A stretch of 63,343 nucleotides of DNA, counting the filler, from Reclinomonas americana ATCC 50394 (lineage: Eukaryota): the NCBI GenBank assembly GCA_048213135.1. It is 13 parts of 13 records of this genome, joined end to end, with 100 filler letters (N's around TTAATTAATTAA, not from the genome) between each part and the next. Parts side by side here need not be neighbours in the genome. Positions count along the whole stretch, not along the records: positions 1 to 6,932 come from AFZH01022387.1; positions 7,033 to 13,371 come from AFZH01022388.1; 11 more parts are not named here. One strand, 5' to 3'. Of the stretch, positions 1 to 13,471 are shown in pieces. Position 1 is the first letter of the stretch; every line of letters begins with the position of its first letter. A model generated the notes under the pieces. The model was not told the DNA's origin. It worked only from the letters and a program-made list of their open reading frames with translations, and searched no databases. The translations under genes were made by a program, and so were the position numbers.

Positions 1-44
1 AGGCTCTTCTTTCCCTCTCTCTGATGTACTGATGAGAACGCAAC

Positions 45-1238
45 TCGCAAACGCCCCCAAGCTACCAGCACCGACACGGACGTAATCCGAAGCACCGGCA
101 TACTTGGCGCTGCACGCACACACACAAACATCAAGGCACAGATGGTGGGTGACTTTTGCGAGTCTGCACTGCACGCTTTGCTGGTACTTGAAGGACGCAC
201 CACACCAACAGATTTCCGTTGGGGATAAGCGGCGACGCCGGCGATTTCACCACCAGGGTGGTGCCGCTGTTCAACACCGACACCACAATCATTGGCACGC
301 CGGCGCCCGCCGCCGTGCATGTGCTGGCGCCGGTGACGGCAGGAACCGACTCCAGGTTGATCGCTGTTCCCGTCAACACCGTGCCGAGCACGGTGAAGAG
401 CTGATCGGCGCGACCAGCAGTGATGTTCAACGGGGAGAAGCCAGTGGCTGTGGGGGAGACGAGAAAGGGAGAGGGAGTGTGAGTGAACCATGGGGGGAGG
501 AGACTCAAGGGAGGAAGCAAGAGTGACCACGAGACAAACGCACACAAGTCGATGCAAGTACTCGGGACACGCGCTCAGTTTGCCAATCTCTCGCCCAAAC
601 CCAACACACTCATAAGCTTGAAACTACAATAAACTAAGGCACGGTTCGCAAATAATGCTCACTGTCCGCATTCTTCTCAACCTCATACGCGCGCCCATTT
701 TCACACGAACTCAAAAGCAACATCCTAGTTGGCTCAAACCCATGGTGCTCACTGTGACAACTCGCACGCAGACAACACAGCAACCAAGGCACGATTCGTG
801 CACGCTGCTGAGTGTGGCCCTATCCCCTCACTATCAAACGCGGCCAGAACACAGATAAGCGTGTGAGACAACAACAAGCGCGCCCTTTTTCACACAAACT
901 CAAAAGCAACAGTCACCAGTGCACATGCTCACTGCTACCCTTCTCCTCTCACACTCATACACACTCACCACAGACAACAATCCTCCCAAGCACAACCTTC
1001 ACATGCATATTCACAAAACCAAACACTGTGCCACCACTGCCCTTGCTCACTCTCTCTCTTTCTCCCTCTATGCCACACACTTAAACGCACATGCTCTCGC
1101 ATACACAGAGAGAAAGAGAGAGAGAGAGCGCGAGGTCACCCTTCCCTCTCACACACACTCACCATCAGCATTCGCTCCTTGCGCTGCCAGCAGTGCCAGC
1201 AGCACGGCCAGTGAAGCAATCAGCAACACCAGTCTCAT
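45..1238 (-). CDS. Secreted/surface protein, 5' part (exons ~1238-1163, 447-201, 109-~45; probably continues past the window start)
   Basis: Exon 1 encodes a signal peptide, MRLVLLIASLAVLLALLAAQGANAD, followed by a GTGAGT donor. Phase-consistent joins give a beta-rich ectodomain (ATGFSPLNITAGRADQLFTVLG...GNLLVC-AKYAGASDYVRVG). Confidence 0.65.
625..945. repeat. Degenerate direct repeats in an intron
   Basis: gcgcgccc(a/t)ttttcacac(g/a)aactcaaaagcaa occurs at ~689 and ~878; tgctcactg occurs three times; aaggcacg(g/a)ttcg occurs twice. Confidence 0.6.
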
Positions 1239-3084
1239 TCTTGCTCACACCTTCTTCTTTGCCTTTTGCTGCGTCACACACACACACAAACACACAACAT
1301 GACCGTTAGCGCGCGAAAAACAAACGACGACTTTGCAAACAGCACAATCACAACACAGACAGAGAGAGTGCAGTTTTGTGTGCGTCACTATGTGCGTGCG
1401 TGCGTGTGCGTGCGTGTGCAAGAGCGCGCGTGTGCGTGCCTCTCTTTCACTCACCGAGTGTGTGTGCGCGCGCAATGAGTTTGTGCAGTGAAATTTCCCG
1501 CGCGACCCCAACGGTCAATTGACTTCGACAAGCAAAACCAATTCGGCGACAAGGAAAACTGCGGCTTTTAAGGTTGTTGTGCATTTGGATAGGTGTGCAC
1601 CGCCTCCCACTGCCAGGCCGTTGTTGGGACAGAATTCGAAGTTGAAATATTGTGAGCAATCGATCCCTGTTTGCGCGTGGAGGGGTGCATGTCATATGGC
1701 ATCTGAGAAGAGAGGAGCTGCTTGTAGCTGCAGAGAAGTGACGTGCGGGCTGGATTCAGAATTCGTGGCACTCATTCGAATTCTTATTCCAGTTCCGTCA
1801 CAAATAATAACAGAAACTTCACTGATCCATACACAGAAGTCCAAACTGCAGCCAGGGCCAATTGCAAGCAATTGCAGCTGCCTTTATGACCAAGTCCAAC
1901 CAGGTGTAAAACTACATCACAAAGACCAGCCTCGAGGTGTCAGAAGCGAAAGGTTTTCTCGTGCGTATGCGTTCGAATTCGAATTTGCTTGCGCTGCGGT
2001 TTCACAAATTCAAGAACTGCAACAACATCAGCTATCTGGGTGACCAACTTCTTCTGTACCTGCGGTCGGACAATGCACCAAAAGCCAGGGAATGCCGCAA
2101 TGGGCCCGACTTTGTGAGTCCGGACTTGCGATCGCGATTTGGTTGTCAACAAATTCGATATTCATGACCACCTGCCAGATTCCCGCTCCGTAAACTGGCT
2201 GATATGCCATGCAGCTGTGGAGATCACAGAGTTATATATACCCGCTGCCCTTGCGATGCCACAGTCCTCTCTATGCATTTCGACATCGATTCTGCATGCG
2301 CAATTCGAATTCGAACAAATACGAATCCAAGCGAATTACAAAGCACTGCATCCTCACCGCATCTAAAGAAAACCCTCTTCAACAACACGCACTCCGCGAG
2401 CCTCTCCCAAGAGCGCTCCGTGCTGCAAATCGCCAGTTTTTCGATTTCGAGATCGTCGTCTCGCGATAATTCACTTCTGCATTTCACCGCCTGCACGCAC
2501 GCAATCTCCGTGCACCGACATATTCTCACTCTGCCTTAACCTGCTGGCCTTCCCTTTCACCCTCTCCTTCCCCCCACCCCACTCAAAACCGGACAACGGC
2601 CAACGCCTCTCGCGATGACGTCATCCGGACGGAATTTCTCGTGGACAATCGCAACACCCCGCAGAGACAAGGCACACACACACGGGCACTCAGCGGGAAG
2701 ACAAACGCCACGGAAGAACTCGTCGCAGCCTCGATTCTTCCGTGCCGTTGCTTGTTTGTTTTTTCATTAGTGTGGGAGAGAGTGCAACGACGACGAAGGG
2801 TGAGTCTTGTGTGATTCACAAAGGCACGCGCGCGCGTGTGTGTGTACCAAATGACTGATTGAATACGCACAGACTCTGCCAGTGCGCCTCAAACAACAAC
2901 AAGCCTTCCTTCCTTCCTTGCCTCTCCGCCTCCCAATAGAACGCCTCGTCGTCAACACACGCACGAGGTCGTACAATCGAACATTGATTCGAGAGCAGGT
3001 GGGCGTTTACTCTCTCTGTCTCTGTCTCGCTGCCTCCACAATCGTCAAATTCTCACCCAATCCTCGTCGTCGTGCAGCAGCAAC

Positions 3085-4717
3085 ATGAGCACTGGAACCA
3101 GCGGAACTCTCCTCTCAGCAGCCGGCTTTAGTCCGCGCACGCGATCTCTCCTCGATGCCATTCACACGCTGACCAGCACCACCACCAACACGAGCACAAC
3201 GCGACCAGCCTCACGCCACCACAACAACAACAGTGCTGTGCTCAGACCGCAGCCGGTGACGGCAGTGACGGAGGTGGTGGCGGCCGCGTCGGCAAGCAGG
3301 ACGCGCCCGCGCTCGGCGTCGATGCTCGGCACGAGGCAGACGTTGTCGGTGTTTCAGCGTCCGGCGTCGACGTTGCGGCAGCAGGCGGCGGCTGTGGCGG
3401 CGGAAGCTGTCCGTCCGGCCACGCGACAAGCCGGCGAGTCGACGACGATTGGTACGAGCAGTGGTGTATTGGTGGGCGGACGCACGACACCGCCCCCGCC
3501 CAAGCGCAACACGTCGACGAACACGCCGCTGATTCGCAACGCGTCGGACTCGGAGTCCTCCAACAATGGTGTGCACACGACGATTTGCATGCGGACGCCG
3601 TCGCCTCCGCCCGCGGTGTCGGCGAGGTGTGCAGCCGGTTCGGCACTGGCCACGGCGCGTATGCTGGCCAATCGGAGAACGAATGCGTCGGGTGGAGCGG
3701 TCGGACGGCCACTGGTGTTGTCCAAGACGCAGCGCGATCAGCTGCGTGATGAGGACCACGCTCAGTTGGTCAAGGTCATCCACCCGGTGCCGGCGCCGGC
3801 CACCTCATCGACATCGCTCTTGTCGGTGCCGGCGCAGATTGCCGGCATGATGAAGCGCATCGACAGCATGCCACCACCTGCTGCTGGACAGCAACAGCAA
3901 CAACAGCAGTACGCGAGCGGCTTGGACAAGCTGCCGTCGCAGTCGTCCATGGTAATGAACTCGACCATGGCGACGGCGACGTCGCAGGCACCCAAGCCCA
4001 TTCGCGATGCTGTGCACATTTTGCGAGGGTGTGTGGCACCGCCCGGTTCTGGAGCCACGGAGGCGTTTGATCGCCTCATGTTCTCGGTCGAGGACTTTTT
4101 GTCGCGCATCCACCGACGAGCGCGCTCCTCGCCCGCCATTGTGTATCTCTCTACCTACTACATTGTTGCGTCGTCACCTCCGGCAGCTGCTGTATGCGAC
4201 TCAAACTGGTGTACTGACTTCTTCTCCTTCCCTCAATGCGCAGTGGAAGCTCGCTGAACGTAACACGGCAGTGCGCGTCACCATGTACAACATCAAGCGA
4301 CTGGCTTTTGTCGGAGTGGTGCTGGCCCACAAGTTCTTGGAGGACCGACCGGCCCGCAACCGCTCCTGGGCCAAGCTCGGCGTGTTTGCGTCGTTGGCGG
4401 AGCTGAACCGCACCGAGCGCGAGGTTTTGCGCCTGCTCGAGTGGCAGCTCATGGTCACCGACACGGTGCTGTGCGGGTGGATCCACGCCCACATTGCCGA
4501 TTTTGAGGACAGCAGCCTGCGGTACGAGCTCAAGTGGCCGTCGTCATCGTCGTCGTCGTCCACCGGCAACGGCTCGTCGCCATCGCCAGGCATGGTCTCG
4601 TCGCCGGTCAAGCCCACCACCAGCAACGAGTCATCATCATCGTGCTTGAACTCGGCTCTTGCCGCAGCCGTCGCTGCTGCAACCGCGAACGCCTCTGCTG
4701 CCGCCGAGGTCATATAA
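3085..4717 (+). CDS. PHO80/cyclin-P(U)-family cyclin with a long low-complexity N-terminus; exons 3085-4164 and 4244-4717
   Basis: The cyclin box SVEDFLSRIHRRARSSPAIVYLSTYYI|WKLAERN...NIKRLAFVGVVLAHKFLED...NRSWAKLG...LAELNRTEREVLRLLEWQLMV is restored by removing a 79-nt intron (GTTGCG...ctgac...CAG). Confidence 0.85.
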
Positions 4718-5623
4718 TTGTGTGTGTGTTTGACGGAGAAAAATATGTGTGTTGTAGGGTGTGTATGTGTAACTCTTCTTAGCTGTTATCCTTGTGTCGT
4801 AGTAATGTAATGCAGCCGTGGCTGTGGTTGTTTAACTGATGGGGGAGGGGGTTGAATCCACTGCTGTGTTGTGGAGAGAAAGTCGGAGCCGTGACGTCGA
4901 CAACTCCCAGACTTGACCACTCTCGCGCTGATGGTGTTGTGCTCTCACGCGCAAGTGATCACACTCGCTGACAGGAAGAAAGAGATGACACCGGCAGTGT
5001 CCTCTTGATCTCGTCAACCACGCTGTCATGAAATGCAGATCGCTGTTTCTCTCGTCGACGACTTGTTCGAAGCACCACCACCGAAAGCGAACACACAGAT
5101 ATACCGCTGTTGTCAAGGCTGGTGTTTGCGCTGTGGCTGGACGTGCTCACCCAGGAAGGTGTAGCTGGTTTGTTGGTGCATGAATTGTTGGTCGCCGCCG
5201 CACATTATTTCAATATCGAAACTGAAAGATACCGCGAATTCAAAAGATTATGTTTTTTGGTGTCGTCATTTTTCACGCTGTGATTCCACACAGTGATGGA
5301 CACTGACCCTGAGACCACATGCTGGCCCACCGCAGCGGACATCTCAGAATTAAAAAATTGCTGGCACCGCATGCGGCTGCATCTCCCTTTGAATCAAAAA
5401 AATAGAACCTAATTGTGCGAATACACTGGATCTTTTTCTCTTTTCCCTCCTTTCTCTCTTTCTTTTCCCCTCCGCCTTCCACCTGCTGTGCTCCTTCACC
5501 TCCCTCCCGCGACCGAAGAGATCAATCCGCGCGTGTTCAGTTGCCCCATCAACAATGTCGTACAAAGACCGATTAGGTGACTTTTTCATTCTGTGTACAA
5601 ACAATTATCATTATCTCTCTCTC

Positions 5624-6168
5624 CTACGAGGCACGCGGTGGCATCACACGCATGGCGGCATCGTCGACGGCCACATCCACATCCATGGCCTCGGCCATCA
5701 CCGGTAATCTCAGCACGTGGCGGCAAAACAGAAACGCCATGTGCCGCGGTGTGTGGTTCTCCACCGCCTCCTCGGCGTCCATATCGTCCGCCACCACGCG
5801 CACGGCTGGTGGGGGTGGAGGTGGGGGTTGATCAGCGCCAGTTGAATCTTGTTGTTGTTGTTGAGGTGAGAGGGTGTTGATCACGGCCACACGCGCGGCC
5901 AACGCGGCACCGAACGCCACCCATTGGCGTGCTTGTGCCGGCAGCCCGCCCGCTCGTTGCATGCGACGCATGTCGTCAGCAGTCCAGCTGCGCAATCACC
6001 CGAGGATGTGAGCGCGCGAGGCAGAAGAGAGAGAGAGAGAGAGTGATGTGGGACGAACCGAAGGGCATTGGCCAGGGGATTCGCGGGAATTGACGTCCGC
6101 GCAGCATGCTGCATGGTGTGACGCGCGGTGCACGACGCGGTGTGGAGGCTCTCAAAGGGATCATTCAT
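5624..6168 (-). CDS. Hypothetical protein, two exons
   Basis: MNDPFESLH...NALR joins across a GTTCGT...GCGCAG intron to WTADDMRRMQRAGG...PPRAS*. No recognisable domain. Confidence 0.4.
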
Positions 6169-6932
6169 GGTTGGTTGGTGGTACGGGGGTGGGTGGTGTC
6201 TTCTCTCGCAGATTGAGATGAAAAAAGTGCTGGTGCATCATCGGCTGGAATCCAGCTGATTCTTTGTCATTCCAACGCATCATTTCAGACGAACGTATCC
6301 GCATCCAACACAAGGTGTCGCACGTGCGCTGAGTGGTGCTTCCGGCTGGCGGAGTGCACGCGCGTGGTATGGCGAGGGTGCGTGCCTGCGTGCGTGCGTG
6401 TGGGCGGCGCTTCATCAAGATCACGGTCGATTTGGACATTTTTTGTTGTCCAAACGTTCGATATGCTAAGTGCACAAATCTCCTGGGATACTGCACCGGC
6501 GCCGTCCTCTTCTCGCCGTCGAGCTTCCCGTCACTGTTGTCAGCATGGCGGTGTGCGTGGAATCCCCAGTCCAGTTTCTCGTAGTCCTGGTTTACATGCC
6601 GACTTTAGTATGAATGTGTCAGAGCATCAAACGATGCGAAAAAAATGCCCTCGCTTTGTTCTTGTGGGGGTTCAACGAAATTCGCATCCACTCCACCAGA
6701 AGCACCTTGGCCTCCAGCCTCCAGCAGTACACGCAGATCAGCGATACAGAAGCTCACGGCAGCTGTCTCGAACACAGGTCGTTTGTCGGCACATGCCCAC
6801 ACGCTCTGTCCGAAGTCCACTTTCGCGCCGCAGGGTCACTGTCTCGCACCTGCTGCTGATGCGGAACCCCCACTGCCCCACCCCCGTACAAACTTGACCC
6901 TCTCTGAATCTTCCCTCCACCGCTTGCACCCC

Positions 6933-7032
6933 NNNNNNNNNNNNNNNNNNNNNNNNNNNNNNNNNNNNNNNNNNNNTTAATTAATTAANNNNNNNNNNNN
7001 NNNNNNNNNNNNNNNNNNNNNNNNNNNNNNNN
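6933..7032. other. Artificial contig linker N44-TTAATTAATTAA-N44 (also at 13372, 32887, 34203, 35640, 36861, 38369, 49324, 56331, 59100, 60322, 61757)
   Basis: The identical 100-nt spacer, with stops in all six frames, occurs 12 times. Confidence 0.98.
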
Positions 7033-10000
7033 GACAAGTCAGCGCACAGGGCGTGGCGAAGAGATTCTCACGACGCAAAACAACACAAGACCTTTTCCGC
7101 CCTCTATGCGTCGTGGTGGTCGTCAAGCAGGTACACGTGAGAATAGTGGTCATGGCGAAGAAGAACCACAAGCACATGCAGGGCGAATACGTAACTCTCA
7201 TATTTTCCGAGCGCATCTGCTCCGACTGCACCAACTCGCTTCGCACGCGTTCCAGCTCGCGCTGCAATTCACGAATCTGCTGTGCATGCGCCTGCAACGC
7301 CTCCGCCATGGACATCTCCAGTTCAGCTGCGCGTTTGCCGGCGTCCTGCAATTGTCGCGCACGTGGACTGGTGGCGGTCGATGAGGCGGCCGAGTACGAC
7401 GACACGACAGAGCTGGCCGTATCTTCCACACCTGCGCATCTCTCGTCGGAATTCCCAACACAAAGCGGCGGCAAGCACCACCACACTCACCAATTTGCAT
7501 GAGGATCTCGACCATCAGCTGCTGCGCGGCGTTCGTGCGGTCTCGCCCGATCAAGTCGGTGATGACTGCGGCGGCACCGGCGGCGCGCAGTTGCTCTGCA
7601 ATCTGCGAGTCTTCCGTCGAGCAGCGCAAGACGTACGCGCTGCGAAATCAAGTCGTTGGTGTTGAGAACAGCAGAAGTGATGCGGCAATCCCTTTCTCTG
7701 TCGCCTCTCTTCCTCCCATCCTCTCTCTCTCCTCATCTGTCCCTCCCTTTTCTCCCTTCCTATTCCCAGCTGCAGTCTCGAATCGCTTCCTCCCTCCCTA
7801 AAGCCCTTTCCCTCTTCCACCTCTCCCCTTCTCTTTCCCTCCTTCTTCCCCTTCCCCCATCCCACCTCCAGTAGCACACATCGGGCCGCGGTGAGGCCAG
7901 CAACCCAAGCAGCGCCATGATCACCGGCTGCACCGTGCGGTGCACATCCTCCACAGCTCGCACATGCGACGACACCTGCAGTGCTCCGTACACTCGCCCC
8001 AGCAGACAAATGGCGTCGACAGGATCCGGCTGACCCACTTGTTGTGGTTGCGACGGCTGCCGCACGCCGGTAAAGTGCGTTTCCATGATGAGACCGACCA
8101 GCACCTCGGCCAGAGTGCGTGTGCTGTTCACTCGCGCATCGTGAGAAGAACGCTGTGAGTGCGGAGGCAATGGGGCGGTCACTTTACCTCTTGCCGGGCG
8201 CCAATCGTGACACTGGTCGTCGATCTGTCGCCGCCTCAGTCAGCGCGGCGTGAATCGCGTGACTATCGGCCGAGGTCAGCAAGCGGAGAGCGGCGCACAT
8301 GGCCAGGGCGCTGAGGCATTGGCGGGTGAGATCGACGCACCACTCCCGCGCACATAAAAACGAAACAAACACACGAACCATTGCGCCGCTACCGACAGCT
8401 GTTGCTGGCCACTGAGATCGATCGAATCACGAGCGCGCGCCTTGGTCACATTGCGCGCGGTGAACTGGCGCAGCGATGTGGCCACCGCCACCACACTGCC
8501 CGGCGCGCACAAGAACACCGCGATGGGCGAGTCCAGCGCCAGACCTGAAAGAAGAAAAAAACGTGCCAGCGGTGGGCAAGGTAAAACCTCACATGGACTG
8601 CTGAACACGCACACTCACCGGCCAGCATCTGCATGCACGGGAGAGCGACAGCGGGCGGGAAGGAAGCAGCCAGTTGAACAGCGCGCAACACAATTCGCGC
8701 CGCCGTCTCCAGCGGCACCAGCTGCTGCTGGGCGAGAGCCTCGTTGAACCGCTTGCTGTCCGCTCGATGCAAGGCGACCAGCAACAACGCCATGTCTTTC
8801 GCACCCTGGTGGTTCCTTTGCATACGCGCCAGATGCTGCATTGCGACAAGGTGTGAACAAATCAGCATTTTGTCTCTGCGCTCAGCACACACACACACAC
8901 GCACCGCCAATGTGGCCACCATCGTGTCGGCGAATGCGCCCAACATGGGCACTACCCTCAGCTCGATCCATGTGCGACACAGCTTGGCCGCCGCTCCCAC
9001 CACTCCGTCGTCAGCGGCGGTGTTCGGATCGTGCGAAAGCAATCGCACCGTCTGCGCCACCAGCTCCCCGTGCACTGCGGCAGCGTTCGCCGCCGGCTCG
9101 TCACTGAGACGGAGGATCTCGGCGAGCAAATCGAGGCCACCGGCAACAAACTCTGCAGCGCACGCGCACGCGCGTAAGCAGCTCACGTGTGTGGTTGCTC
9201 GAAGTGAGAAGCATGACGCACCGCCAGTCACACCGGTCGGTCGCACTGCGGAGGTGTGTGCCAGTATGTCGCGCACCTGACCGGTGACACTGTCGACCAC
9301 ACCCTCGTCTCGAACGACGCGCATGGTCGAGTCCAACACCAGACGCTGCGTTGCAATCAGAGGCCAGCGAGAGCAAGACAAGACAGGGTGCCGCGACGCA
9401 ACCTCAAACGCCTGCAACGTCAACAATGCGCGCAGACCGGCAAACGACGAAGCACGAAGCGACATGCGCTGTGACTCCTCCAACGCTGTTCCACCAAATA
9501 AGGGGGAGGTGAATAGCAGTGCATCACAGCAAGGAGACAGTCGACTCACCATCCGAGGTGCGCAAGAATGGACTGCGCGCCAAGCAGAGACGGAGCATCG
9601 AAGCAATGTCTGCACATGCAGAGGGGAAACGTGAGCATTCAGCAAAAGGTGCGCAAGAAAAGAGCGCGACTCACAGTTTTGCAAATGATCCCGCACTCCA
9701 GTGGCGGAGCTCAGTGCAGACACCATGTCTCCGGAGATTTCCGCTTCGTCCACCGCCTGCGTGTTTCATCGCAGCACAGGATGAGTTAATGACCGCCCAC
9801 AATAACCCGTGATAAAGCTTCGCCCCGTATGCAAGCAGATCTTCTCACATCTCTCTCTTCCGCCAACTAATCGGTCAAACTCCATCTCGCTCTCTGCTCC
9901 TTTCCCTCTGCCGATAGTGTAAGCCTTCTCGTACTCCTCGAATAGAATATAGGTCTCCTTTCACTTCTCCTCCGCCAGCATGCCGATCTCGCAAACTTAT

Positions 10001-13000
10001 CTCTCAGTTCTCCTAATCAAGGACAATACATCCAGTTCTTGCTAAGCTTCTCGATCACTGTTCCTGCCACACTGCCTGCCCACATGCATGTCATCCCATT
10101 CCCTCCAACTCCTGCTGACTTGCTCGTACTCCTCCAGCCGATCTCTCAAACTTACAATCAAGACACTGCATCCAATTCTTGCTAAGCTTCTCGATCTCTG
10201 TTCCTTCCACACTGCCTGCCCACATGCTTGTCATCCCATTCCCTCCAACTACTGCTGACTTGCTCGTACTCCTCCACCGCTTGCCGATCTCTCAAACTTA
10301 CTAATCAAGACACTGCATCCAATTCTTGCTACGCTTGTCAATCTTCACCAGCACCCTTTCCCACCCTTCCTATCACTCCCTCCTCTCTCTTCCTTCTCCC
10401 TTTCTCGCCCCCCTCCCCCCTCTACCCCTTCTCCCCCTCACCGAATCCACCACCGCGGCGAATGTGAGCAGCGTGGCGCGAAGCTGCTCAATGGGCGAGC
10501 GCCGATTGGCCGACTTCTCCACCACCACATACGCCCGACTCGCCGTGTGCCACAACACGGAGAGCGCCGACGACAGAGGAATGGTGGCCACGCCACGCGC
10601 ACGCACAGTTGCTTGCAGCAGCTGCGAGAGAGACGACACATGTGACACCATGGAGACAGCTGCGGAGAGGAAACTGCAAAGGAATGAACCTCCATGTGCA
10701 GGCACGCCGCGTCAATGACTTGAGATGGCGCATCGGCGCGCAGTTCCTTGAGCAGGTGATCGAGCGACAGCACCAGGTCCTGCGCACAGAGATCAGCAAT
10801 CGTCACCACATACACATTCACAGTTAGTGTTTGCGGTCGCCGAACCTGGCCGGCGGAGATCGAGTGCACCGAGGCCAACAACGGATCGGTGCCCGACAGC
10901 GTGCCGAACATGGTGACGAGGAGCTGAAGAGCAGATGCCTGCAGTGCGGGGGTAGTCGGAAGGCCGTGCGACACGGCCAATCGTCGCAACACATCGACAT
11001 CGGTGGGTTTGAGAGCGGACAACATGTCGCCCCCGAGACGCGACACGAGATTCCTGGTTTGCCACGTTGGTGAGGAAGTCACAAGAGGGGCGCGCAGTGT
11101 GACCAAAAACAAACCGCAGAGAGACGAGTGCGCTGCTGATCTTCCTCTCGGACACTGCCATGGAGTCACCGGCATCCAAATGCGGTGTGTGCGCGTGCAC
11201 AATGGACATCAAGTGGCTGGCAATCTGCGCATCCCTCGCGCCAGCCACAGTGACCATGTCCATCAGCTGCATCATCGCATCAAGCGTTAGCAACAATTCA
11301 AATCGCGTTCTCCCCCCCTTTCCTCCTCCTCGCCAGCGCACCTCGGTGGCCACCACGGAGATCTCTTCGTCCTCAGTCGCCATGTCGGTCAGCACCGTGG
11401 CGAGTCCGCCACCAGCCAGGAAGATGCTGCGCAGCTTCGAGTCCGACAAGTACGCAGTCAGCAGTCGCATGGCTGGCAGCTTGGCGTGACTCTTTTGTTC
11501 CGCCAGCTGTGTCAGCACACTGACGTACTCGTCGGCGGGACCGCACGCCTAAACCAAACACAAGCAGTCAGCATCCATTGATCACCTGGTGTGCGTGCAC
11601 GACACGACCCACCAACACGCCAATCTCGCGCACAAGGCGACACGTCGCAGCGACGGACTCGGCGGCGAGATGCAGTGACGGCACGAGTGCCAGACGCAAC
11701 AGAGCCAGCACTGCACGGCTGACGAGATTCATCTCGTCGGTGGTCATGGGCGGCAGCAATTCATGACGCCTGTGCAGCACTGTTGGAGTCCGAGCCACCG
11801 AAAGAGAAAAAAAGAGGCGAGAGATGCGAGTTGCACTCACCGACATGAATGTGCCAGTATTCCGAGCAGCTGCTGCAGCCAGCGGTTGCGCGACTCGGAG
11901 AGCGGAATGAACGACTGTCGCGAGGTGCACTCGGCCAGCAGCAGCAATGCGTCGGCAATTGTGCGCGGAGCCTGGAAGCGGCGCATGGCGGCGGCGGCAA
12001 CTGTATCTGAACCGCGCACCGACACCTCCTGCGCACTATGCAACGCCTGCAGCGCTGTGGAGCTGATGGCGGTGGGCGGAACGGCGTAGTCGGCCGATTT
12101 TCCAGTCACTTCATGGAGAATGCATCGCAACAGCAGCGGAGTCCTACGAAAGACGACAGAAGTAATGAGCGAAGCTTAGAAAAGGAATATGGCTCGCCAA
12201 CAAAACTGGTTCAGGACGGCTGACTGTGCTGCCTCTGGTGCCAGTCGGATTGCCTGCACAAAAATGAGCCACACAGGACGGCACAAATCTACAACACGCA
12301 TGGGGCGCACCAGCTCCAGTGCCTCCAAACACCGCACGGTGCTTGGTCGGCTGGAAAAGTCGCGCGACGCCAACTCTGACAAGCAAGAAATGGCGCCCTG
12401 TACACGGTGGGTGAGCAAACCAAGTGTCAGTGGGAGCATACGCAGAACCACACCTGCACAATGCCGCTCTCCACAAACAGCGATGTCACAGCGGCCTCTT
12501 TCCAGCACTGAATGAACATTTCCACGACTCGCATGGACGCTTGCAGATGCGTGCGCGGATTCACGGCGCCACACAGACGGTCAACCACCAGTGGCTCACG
12601 CAAGACGCCCGTGACATTGTCGGTGAGCTCACAGCAGCACGTCATCAGTCGAATGTACGGCTCGGGTGGGTACTCGCGCTGCGACATGCACCTGCGCGCG
12701 ACGAGTCAGGAAAAACACACACACGCTGACACGTTGCGCCATAACAAACCGCGACATGATGTCGTAGGCCTCGCGCTTCGTGTCGCCACTCAAGAATGTA
12801 CCCGGTGCCATGTGCTCGAACAACTCGATGAATATCGACAGCGTCTCCCTGTGTGTCGGCGAGTCTGCCACAAAAGGTGATGAGCAGCCACCGGCATAAG
12901 CTCGAAAAACTGAGAGAGAGAGAGCACAAACCAAGTGGTGCATGTTCCAGGAACGGCAGCAGCGCCGATGGCACTCGCGACTCGGCGAACGCACTCGCAA

Positions 13001-13371
13001 CGCGCGGAAGCTTGTCATCGCACAGCCGTCGCAGGAAATTGAGAATGGCACGACGGGTCTCCGAAACATGCTGCGGCGACGGCACGTCACCACCGCCATT
13101 CTGTGTGAATGGTCGTCGTAACGTGAGCAGTCAAGCAATTGCACATCGATAATGAATGCAGCACCACTCACCGCCACGCCTAACACCGACCACAAGGCAA
13201 CAGCCCCTGCAAGTATCAAAAACGAGGATTGGCACACACACACACACATTCACGACGACTTGCTCACACGCCAAACGCACCTCGGAGTCCAGCCATGACA
13301 CCCTCGGAGGTCTTTTGGCGCACGTCACCGGCCGCCACCGTGTTGCCGAGGATACCAAAGAGGTGCGCGGG
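7033..13371 (-). CDS. Multi-exon alpha-helical (ARM/HEAT-like) coding region ending in a coiled coil; probably the 3' continuation of the gene at 13472-28602
   Basis: Leu/Ala-rich exons are separated by short GT-AG introns (e.g. KLPAMRLLTAYLSDSKLRSIFLAGGGLATVL; FVAGGLDLLAEILRL). The coiled coil ELEMSMAEALQAHAQQIRELQRELERVRSEL lies at ~7200-7350. Strand and style match the next contig. Confidence 0.6.
10016..10337. repeat. Intronic tandem duplication, ~140-bp unit, about 2.3 copies
   Basis: The block atcaag(g)aca...catcca(g/a)ttcttgctaagcttctcgatc...ccacactgcctgcccacatgc(a/t)tgtcatcccattccctccaact...gctgacttgctcgtactcctcc is repeated. Confidence 0.85.
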
Positions 13372-13471
13372 NNNNNNNNNNNNNNNNNNNNNNNNNNNNN
13401 NNNNNNNNNNNNNNNTTAATTAATTAANNNNNNNNNNNNNNNNNNNNNNNNNNNNNNNNNNNNNNNNNNNN

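Noticed and set aside
1960..2320. TTCGAATTCGAA as a heat-shock element
   Set aside because: The spacing does not match the nGAAnnTTCn pentamer arrangement.
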